From Thermoproteota archaeon (lineage in GTDB: Archaea > Korarchaeota > Korarchaeia > Korarchaeales > Korarchaeaceae): a stretch of 64,000 bases of DNA. Under the pieces are notes generated by a model that saw nothing but the letters and a program-made list of their open reading frames with translations, made no database searches and was not told where the DNA came from. Location of the stretch: positions 40,775 to 104,774 of the forward strand of contig JAOZFN010000005.1 of the NCBI GenBank assembly GCA_027492205.1. Direction: 5' to 3'. Both the position numbers and the translations under genes were made by a program. Below are positions 55,496 through 64,000 of the stretch, piece by piece (the stretch's first letter is position 1; every line of letters starts with the position of its first letter).

Positions 55496-57158
55496 TCATA
55501 CTCCCCCTCATCCGCTCGATCTCGCTCAAAAGTAGCCTGACCTCGCTCTTAGGGTCAGCGAAGTCCATAGACTCGGCGAACAGCTTGATGAGCCCGGTGT
55601 CCTCTTGGTACCTCAGCCTGCCCCTGGCCACCACCTCCCTGCCCACGAGTCTCTTTGCCAGCTCGTCGGCCGGATACGAGTCCTCTTCGTACCCCTGCTG
55701 CTCTATCTCCTCCAACATGTCTTGGACGGTCTTCCCCAGGAGTTCCTCGGCCTTCCTCCCTATGAAGATCACCCGGGCAACCCCCGTCCCATCGTCGATC
55801 GTCAGGTGGAAGATCGGCCTGGGCACGGCCTCGGCGATCTCCCCACAGTTGGGGCACTGGAAGATGCCGTACTCCTTCGCGACCCTGGAGCCGCACTCCG
55901 GGCAGTACCACAGGATCCTCACCGGGTCGGAGACCCCGAGGACCGTGCCCCTGACCTCGCGGAACCCCTCCCCCTCAGTCAACTCGAGCCACGTCCTCTT
56001 GTACTTCAAAGAGCGGGCTATTCTGGCCGCGGACTCCGGAACCCTCCCCTCTCCCTCCGCCAGCACCTCTATCCTCCCGTAGTCTCCGACGTTGAGCACG
56101 CGGTCTCCATTCCTTATCGTCCAGAAGTGGTTCACCAGCCTGACCCTGGCCGGCAGGCGAATCGAGAGTACCTCTTCGGCCCGCGCCCCCCAGGCCCGCG
56201 CCAGGACAGGGCCGTCGGGTGTGGCAAGCACGAAGTCCACGACTGTCCGCCTTCCTGCCCTTGAGAAAGTCTCGCTGGGCTCGAATACGTATATCACGTT
56301 CCCCTCAACCTCTTGGGCGGTTCTCCCACCCTCTCCGGGCTGTATCACCCTGACGTCGGTTCTCGGCGTGCTGTGCAGCTCTATGGACTCGTCCCTAACC
56401 GCGACCCTGACGGACCTGACCTCCACCACGGAGCCCAGTGGAACGTCCTCCAGGAGCCGGGACTTGTCGTCCCACATCACCAGCCTGACGTCCTCGTCGA
56501 CCTTCTCGTCCGCCAAGACGGCGCTGGCTATCATTCCGGGGCGTCCATCCTTCCTCTTGAACTCCCTCGGGGCGCTCGCGCTGGTGAGGACCCCCCTAAC
56601 GTCGACCTCCTGTCCGGCCAGATCCTCCGTGATCTCGGCCACCGACAGGGGTTCCACGTCTTCCACGGGGAGTTCCGGGAACTCCCCCTCTAGGCGCCTC
56701 ACGGTCGAGCGGGAGTCCAGGTGCACCGTCAGCATGTTACCCCTCGGCCTCACGCGGCCCCCGCTGATCTCCACCACGTCCCCCTCTCGCACCTCCCCCG
56801 ACCTGATCATCTCGATGAGGTCCTTTGACCAAACGACGACTAGGACGACGCCGGTCTCGTCAGCCAGTCGGAACTCCGCCCTCTCGCCCGGCGCGCCGTC
56901 TCTCCTCGTGAACTCTATGACCCCGTGCATCCTGGTTATCCTCCCCCTCAACTTCACGCGGGACATGCCCGGGAACAGGCTCGCTATCTGGAGCACGGAC
57001 TCTGGCCGCTCGGTTGGAGTCTCCTGAATGCTGACCCCGAGGTCCGTCGCCACCAGTATCAGGGCCGCGTCCGGCTTCAGCAGCCCCCTGAACTCGTCGA
57101 CGTACTTCTTCATCCTCTCCCTGATCTCCTCCTCGGATACTCCGGCCGCCTCGGCCAC
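55467..57158 (-). CDS. rpa: Replication protein A, multi-OB with Zn finger
   Basis: Repeated OB motifs (DETG..VVW, LVMWD, DDGTG), CPEC...CPNC; start uncertain. Confidence 0.85.
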   Translation of the reverse strand: MAEAAGVSEEEIRERMKKYVDEFRGLLKPDAALILVATDLGVSIQETPTERPESVLQIASLFPGMSRVKLRGRITRMHGVIEFTRRDGAPGERAEFRLADETGVVLVVVWSKDLIEMIRSGEVREGDVVEISGGRVRPRGNMLTVHLDSRSTVRRLEGEFPELPVEDVEPLSVAEITEDLAGQEVDVRGVLTSASAPREFKRKDGRPGMIASAVLADEKVDEDVRLVMWDDKSRLLEDVPLGSVVEVRSVRVAVRDESIELHSTPRTDVRVIQPGEGGRTAQEVEGNVIYVFEPSETFSRAGRRTVVDFVLATPDGPVLARAWGARAEEVLSIRLPARVRLVNHFWTIRNGDRVLNVGDYGRIEVLAEGEGRVPESAARIARSLKYKRTWLELTEGEGFREVRGTVLGVSDPVRILWYCPECGSRVAKEYGIFQCPNCGEIAEAVPRPIFHLTIDDGTGVARVIFIGRKAEELLGKTVQDMLEEIEQQGYEEDSYPADELAKRLVGREVVARGRLRYQEDTGLIKLFAESMDFADPKSEVRLLLSEIERMRGSMSAGQGRRRL

Positions 57159-57195
57159 CTGCTTGACCCTCTCATCGATCTCCCCGTCGTCCAGC

Positions 57196-58245
57196 TCAGC
57201 TCACCCCCTTCCCCTCGACCCTCAGGAGCCACCTGGGCCCGTCCCTCGTCACGTCGAACTTAACGCCGAGCATTCTCCCCACGAGCCACACGTTAGACTC
57301 CGCGTGCGAGGTGAACTCCGTCAGGGTCACAGCGGACCTGCCCCTCGCCAGGGCCAGGTAGGGGATTATCATGTCCCCGGTGTGCCTATCGAACGCGGCG
57401 CCCGGCCTCAGCTCTCTGAGCAGGCTCTCAGCGGCCTCCCGGCCGACCACCTCGCTGGGCTTGCCCCTCTTCCCCAGAGAGTCCCCTCCAAGCGTAGACC
57501 CAGAGGAGCAGTTGGCCCAGATCGTTATGCCGGCCCCCGGCCCCAGGTGCTCGTTGGGAGACCAGTCTATCCTGATGTCGGCGTTCTCCCCGGCCTCGAG
57601 GAGGAGCTTCCTCGCAGAGTCGGCTATCCTCTCCGCAACGTGCTTCGGGAGCTTGACGGCGTGCGCGACGCCGAAGATGCCCTCAACCCTTCCCCTCTCG
57701 GTCAGCTCCAGCGCGGCGAGGGTGCGGGCGGGGCTCACCCTCAGCTTCACCTGCCCGCCCCCTCTCGGGTAGTGGCCTCTTCTCAAGAGCTCAACTTCGA
57801 CCTGAGCGCCCAAGAGACCGAGGTTCCTCGCGAAGACGAATTTCATGTAGTCGATCGGAGGCGCCATCGGGACGTCGGTCCCTCCGGTCAGCCTGACCTC
57901 CACTGGGGAGTCGGCGAAGAGAGCCACGGGCAGGATTGCCTGGATTATCAGGCTTACGCTCCCAGCGGTTCCGACGTCTAGCACGTATCTCCCGCCCCTA
58001 CGCTCTCGGGGGACGAATTTGACGCGCGTGGACCCGACCCTCAGTCCCTCTACGTCCGCGTCTGTCATCTGGACCAGCAGCCTGGCGGCCGAGAGGTGCT
58101 GCGGCCTGAGGCCAGGCCTGCTCCTCTTCGCCCTTATGTTGTAAACCTCCACCGGGGTGAGCGACACGGAGGCCAGAGCGAGGGCGTACCTGAAGATGGA
58201 GCCGCCACCTTCACCGTAACTGCCGTCTATCCGCACGAGCTCCAT
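57196..58245 (-). CDS. rtcA: RNA 3'-terminal phosphate cyclase
   Basis: IDGSYGEGGG, PGLRPQH, GGTDV, RGHYPRGGG, DRHTGD. Confidence 0.96.
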   Translation of the reverse strand: MELVRIDGSYGEGGGSIFRYALALASVSLTPVEVYNIRAKRSRPGLRPQHLSAARLLVQMTDADVEGLRVGSTRVKFVPRERRGGRYVLDVGTAGSVSLIIQAILPVALFADSPVEVRLTGGTDVPMAPPIDYMKFVFARNLGLLGAQVEVELLRRGHYPRGGGQVKLRVSPARTLAALELTERGRVEGIFGVAHAVKLPKHVAERIADSARKLLLEAGENADIRIDWSPNEHLGPGAGITIWANCSSGSTLGGDSLGKRGKPSEVVGREAAESLLRELRPGAAFDRHTGDMIIPYLALARGRSAVTLTEFTSHAESNVWLVGRMLGVKFDVTRDGPRWLLRVEGKGVS

Positions 58246-58315
58246 TAAGGGCCCGCTAATCGGCGATCACCGTCTTAAATAAGGTTCGGCGCCGACATTG
58301 CGAGGTAAAGGGGGA

Positions 58316-58939
58316 ATGCCAACGGCCGAGGTGTGCGTCGAGCAGGTCTCTGAGGGCCTCGTTGCGCTCGCCTTCCGGGGATCTAGGCTGATGTGCAACA
58401 CAATTCCCCTGGAGAGCGAGAGGTCGGCCCTGAGGCACCTCAGGATCGCGTGCGAGAAGGCTTGGGGCAGAGTGAAGCTCAAGAGAAATCCCTTCTGCGG
58501 CCCTCAGGCAGAGACGGTGGCCTCCCTCGTGAATCGGCTCTACTTGGGGGATCCGGTGGACGCGGGGGACGTTCAGCTGGAACCCCCCAGGTCGGAGTCG
58601 ATGAGGAGGGTCCTGCTCGCAGTCTCGGCGATTCCCCGGGGGAGGGTTACGACCTACGGTGCCCTGGCCAAGGCAGTCGGGCTGTCCCCTCGCGTGGTGG
58701 GCTCCAACCTCGGAAGGAACCCCTTCCCGCTGCTGGTTCCCTGCCACAGGGTCGTGAGGTCCGACCTGACCATCGGGGGGTACTCGTACGGCCGCCTCGT
58801 CAAGGCCTACATCCTCATGCGCGAGGGGGTGGAGATAGACCTGGAGACCGGCAAGGTCGACAGGAGGGCCCTCTTGCCGGCTTGGGTTCTGAAGGGTAGG
58901 CTGCAGGTCGCCCTCCAGGGCGTCGAGGCGGGGTGGTGA
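58316..58939 (+). CDS. ogt: Methylated-DNA--protein-cysteine methyltransferase
   Basis: IPRGRVTTYG, RVVG, NPFPLLVPCHRVV, GGY. Confidence 0.9.
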   Translation: MPTAEVCVEQVSEGLVALAFRGSRLMCNTIPLESERSALRHLRIACEKAWGRVKLKRNPFCGPQAETVASLVNRLYLGDPVDAGDVQLEPPRSESMRRVLLAVSAIPRGRVTTYGALAKAVGLSPRVVGSNLGRNPFPLLVPCHRVVRSDLTIGGYSYGRLVKAYILMREGVEIDLETGKVDRRALLPAWVLKGRLQVALQGVEAGW

Positions 58940-60209
58940 GGAGGGTGGCGGAGAACAGGCCCGTCTTCGGGATGGACTACGGGACCTCCTACTTCAAGTT
59001 CGGGCCCCTCTGGCTCGGGAAGTACCCGGAGATGGTGGAGAACAGGGGGTACTTCCCGAGGATGTCCAAGGTGGTGGCCGAGATCAGGGGGATCGAGCCA
59101 AGGGAGATCGTCGTCGGGCCCGAGGTCTCCGAGTACCTGGAGTCCAGGGAGGATCTCGAGAGGCTCTACTACCCCATGAGGAACGGAGTCGTCCCTCGGG
59201 ACGACGAGCGTGGCTGGAGGGTCGTCAAGGAGTTGACGAGGTTCGCCCTCCTGAAGCACTATCCGGGCGCGCAGAGCCCCCTCGGCGGCAGGTTCACGGG
59301 GTTCTACGTCGTCGCGGCCCTCGCCGCGCAGGCCCCTACGTACATGTACGAGAGGCTCTTCGAGATCCACGGCCAGCTAAACTCCGAGGAGGGGAAGACG
59401 CTCGTCCGGGCCATGACCATAATACCCCAGCCGCTCGCCGTGGCGATTGCCGAGAAGGCGACGACCTGCGTCGTCCTGGAGGGCGGACACGGAAACACGC
59501 AGATCACCCCAATAAGCCGGGACGTGATTCGAGGGGCCGTGATACCGCTGAACAGGGGAGGGTCTGATTCCGACGCCATAGCCAGGCAGATCTTGAAGGA
59601 CCTCGGCTATCCGGATCTGGCCAGGGAGGACAAGTTCGTCAGGATGTTCAAGGAGATGGCTGGCCTCGTTCCGCTCGACCTGAACTCTGCCATCTCGTGG
59701 GCCAGGGAGCACCCGGCCGCCCTGACCTCCAAGTTCAGGATCCCCGGGACGACCGTCGAAGTGGACATGGGGGACAAGGCGTGGCAGAGGTTCCTCATCG
59801 GGGAGTTCTACTTCAACCCGGGGCACGAGGTCTTCGAGAGCTACTACTCCAGGGGCTTCCCCGGGCCCAGGGACACGATAGTGGGCGACAGGGTCATACC
59901 AGGCAAGGTCTCCCTGGCGGAGGCCATCAGGGAGGCCGTCTCGAGGACGCCGGTCGAGATCCAGTCGACGCTCCTGAGGAACGTGATACTGTCCGGCGGC
60001 GCATTCAGCTGGACGGTTCCAGCTGGACTGGAGGGCGTGGCGGTGGACAGCCCCACGAAGCTGTCTAGGATGCTTCGGGACGCCGGGATCGAGACACAGC
60101 CCAAGATGGTAAGGGAGCCCCAGTTCTCCGTCTGGAGGGGCGCCGTGGTCTACGGACTCTTCCTGCCCGAGGGGGTCAGGTGGGACTGGTCGACCATGGA
60201 GGGCTGGCG

Positions 60210-60225
<16 letters not shown>
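58933..60225 (+). CDS. Crenactin (archaeal actin)
   Basis: DYGTSYFKFG, EGGHGNTQ, ILSGGAFSW, QPLAVAIAE, EPQFSVWRGAVVYG and EGWRY closely follow Pyrobaculum crenactin as recalled. Confidence 0.92.
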
Positions 60226-62065
<1,840 letters not shown>

Positions 62066-62080
62066 CCGACCCCAGTCGTG

Positions 62081-63211
62081 TCAGCGGACCGCGTCGGGGG
62101 CGAGGTAGCCCCAGCGGTCCACGGCGACCCTCATCTCCTCGCTCGCCTCCACCGCCTCGAAGAACCCCTCGCCCCTGAGGGCCGCGTCTATGGCCGCCCT
62201 CGCCGCCGAGACGCCGCTCTTGTAACCCCAGGGGTGGTCGTAGACCCCCTCGTCGAATAGGAGCACTTGATTGGCCCCGAACAGCGAGACGTTCGCCTCC
62301 ACCGAGCCCGGGTGCATGACCCCCCTGGCCGAGGGCATGGCGCTCCGGATCCCCTGAATCTTCCCTAGGAGGGCCGAGTCCGTCTCCTCTATGCTGGCCC
62401 TCGGCGCCGAGCCAGCCGAGGGTCTCTCGACCATCCCCGCCCCAGCCAGCCTGAGCAGGGTGGCGCACGCGCCGGGCGAGAGCCAGCGCATGGGGACGTA
62501 GCCCGGACCTCCCCGGGCGTACACGCCGATCTTGACGTCCAAAGCCGCTATGGCCTCTATGCTCGCCAAGCTTGACGCTTCCACCGCCGCGAACGGAAGG
62601 CCGGCGTCTGCCGCCTCCTGAACCCGATCCACGAGCGCGTCGGCTCTCGATTCGACCGACACCACGTAGATCGGCCTCCTACCTGTTTCCTCCTTCACCC
62701 TGTCCATCATGTCGGCGGCATGAGACGCGCGGGCCGAGATGGGCGAGTCGGGATGATCGACCAGGAACTCCGGTTCCAACCCGAGGTCTGCTCCGGACGC
62801 GGCAAGCTCATAGAACCTCTTAGCGAGCTCAAACGGTTCTCGGCTCTCTGCCCTTATCACGACCCCCAGCAGCGGGCCCCTTATGCCGGTGTACCTGCGA
62901 ACGTCCTTGAGCCCCAGCCTGGGCCCCCTGAACAGCCCCTCGGGGACGGCGAGGCGGGACACCCTCGCTTCAGCCGGGATGGCCCTGAGGACGCTCCTGA
63001 GCATCTGGGCCAAGTGGGTGGCCGGAGAAGCGGGGTCGACGATATCTCGCGGTATCTCCACGGTCAGCCTCTCCCCGTCGGCCACCCTCTTGACCCTGGG
63101 TGCCGGATCTCCCAGCCCCCTGAACGCCGAGTTTAACGCCTCCACAGCCGCCTCCACGGCTTCGTGATCTTTCAGGTTGAGCTCGGCCACGATGTCAGCT
63201 GAACTCGACAT
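62081..63211 (-). CDS. Degenerate form III RuBisCO-like protein, predicted catalytically inactive
   Basis: Scaffold motifs FRGPRLG, PLLGVV, GAD, EETG, RLAG, HPG, HPWG...AARAAIDA, RWG retained; KxK, KDDE, HR, SGG and GGG absent. Confidence 0.8.
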   Translation of the reverse strand: MSSSADIVAELNLKDHEAVEAAVEALNSAFRGLGDPAPRVKRVADGERLTVEIPRDIVDPASPATHLAQMLRSVLRAIPAEARVSRLAVPEGLFRGPRLGLKDVRRYTGIRGPLLGVVIRAESREPFELAKRFYELAASGADLGLEPEFLVDHPDSPISARASHAADMMDRVKEETGRRPIYVVSVESRADALVDRVQEAADAGLPFAAVEASSLASIEAIAALDVKIGVYARGGPGYVPMRWLSPGACATLLRLAGAGMVERPSAGSAPRASIEETDSALLGKIQGIRSAMPSARGVMHPGSVEANVSLFGANQVLLFDEGVYDHPWGYKSGVSAARAAIDAALRGEGFFEAVEASEEMRVAVDRWGYLAPDAVR

Positions 63212-63263
63212 CCCGCGGCCCTCCTGGTAAACTCCTTAATGGTTTTTGCCACGGGAAATCCAG

Positions 63264-64000
63264 ATGGCCCTCGACGCCGAGGAGGGCTCAGAGGTTACGC
63301 TAGAGCCGGGTCAGGGATTCGTGGTCTACGGACCCCTCAGGGTCTCGACCCTAGAGGGGGAGGTGGAGGTCTGGGGGGCGCCCGCTGACGAGGTGATTGT
63401 GGACCATCCCGACGTGCCGGTCCTCGTGAGGGCCGTGGAGAGGTCGAGGGTCCTCGTGGCGGGAGCCGGCAGCGTCGAACCCCTCGAGGATCTCATTCCA
63501 GAGTCTTGGGAGGAGGTCGCCGGTTCCATCGAGCCGGGAGACACCCTCGTCGTATTGGGCGGGGTCGACGTCGGCAAGAGCGGGCTGCTTACTTTCCTCA
63601 CGAATCGACTGGCCGCCGAGGGCATGAGGGTGGCGCTGCTCGACGCCGACGTCGGGCAGTCTGACGTGGGCCCCCCGGGGACCATGGGCCTCCTGCTTGC
63701 CGACTCCCCGCTGATCCACCCAAAGCTCTCAGAGCCCTCGGCGCTGTTCTTCGTGGGGGACGTGACGCCCCGGGGTCACCTGCTTCCGATGGTGGTCGGC
63801 TCTCTGAGACTGGCGAGGCTCGCCCGGGAGAGGGGCGCCGACGTGACTCTGGTGAACACGACCGGCATGATAAGGGGGGGCGCGGCGAGGGCGCTGAAGA
63901 GGTTCAAGCTCGCCGCCCTGAACCCGACCAAGGTGCTGATGATCCAGAGGGAGGGGGAGGCCGAGCACATCAGGCGGCTCATTCCCGGGGGCGCTAGGGT
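63264..64000 (+). CDS. Clp1/Nol9-type polynucleotide 5'-OH kinase (3'-truncated; absent from the ORF track)
   Basis: Manual translation: GGVDVGKS, LDADVGQSDVGPPGT, FFVG..TP, VNTTG. Confidence 0.9.
   Translation, partial: MALDAEEGSEVTLEPGQGFVVYGPLRVSTLEGEVEVWGAPADEVIVDHPDVPVLVRAVERSRVLVAGAGSVEPLEDLIPESWEEVAGSIEPGDTLVVLGGVDVGKSGLLTFLTNRLAAEGMRVALLDADVGQSDVGPPGTMGLLLADSPLIHPKLSEPSALFFVGDVTPRGHLLPMVVGSLRLARLARERGADVTLVNTTGMIRGGAARALKRFKLAALNPTKVLMIQREGEAEHIRRLIPGGAR

Noticed and set aside
62081-63211. Calling this an active RuBisCO, a methionine-salvage RLP or a pseudogene
   Set aside because: Catalytic Lys/Asp motifs are absent, yet the frame is intact

Overview
High-GC, gene-dense archaeal chromosomal core region. 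The gene mix (crenactin, Gins23-MCM, short XPF, Zn-finger multi-OB RPA, class I LysRS, AsnRS, ArvABC/OapABC) points to a thermophilic TACK archaeon, plausibly Korarchaeia; this is inference. It holds about 60 protein genes: replication/repair (GINS, intein-containing MCM, Hel308, Lhr, XPF, RPA, Ogt), basal transcription (TFB, TBP, RpoP, RpoK, Alba), RNA processing, a complete A/V-type ATP synthase split into two convergent units, porDAB and the thermosome. There are three intron-less tRNAs with encoded CCA. No CRISPR, rRNA, integrase or IS was seen. Highlights: (1) an open form III RuBisCO-like ORF in which, by eye alignment, essentially all catalytic and phosphate-binding residues are replaced, convergent with an intact ribose-1,5-bisphosphate isomerase (candidate pseudo-RuBisCO); (2) an intein with intact-looking LAGLIDADG blocks in ATP synthase subunit B rather than subunit A; (3) an ArvABC GTPase operon and a crenactin gene without arcadins; (4) a UDP-GlcNAc 2-epimerase fused to an RCK_C-like domain; (5) doubled or palindromic TATA elements before tfb and tbp. 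All calls come from motif reading and recalled family knowledge; no searches were run.
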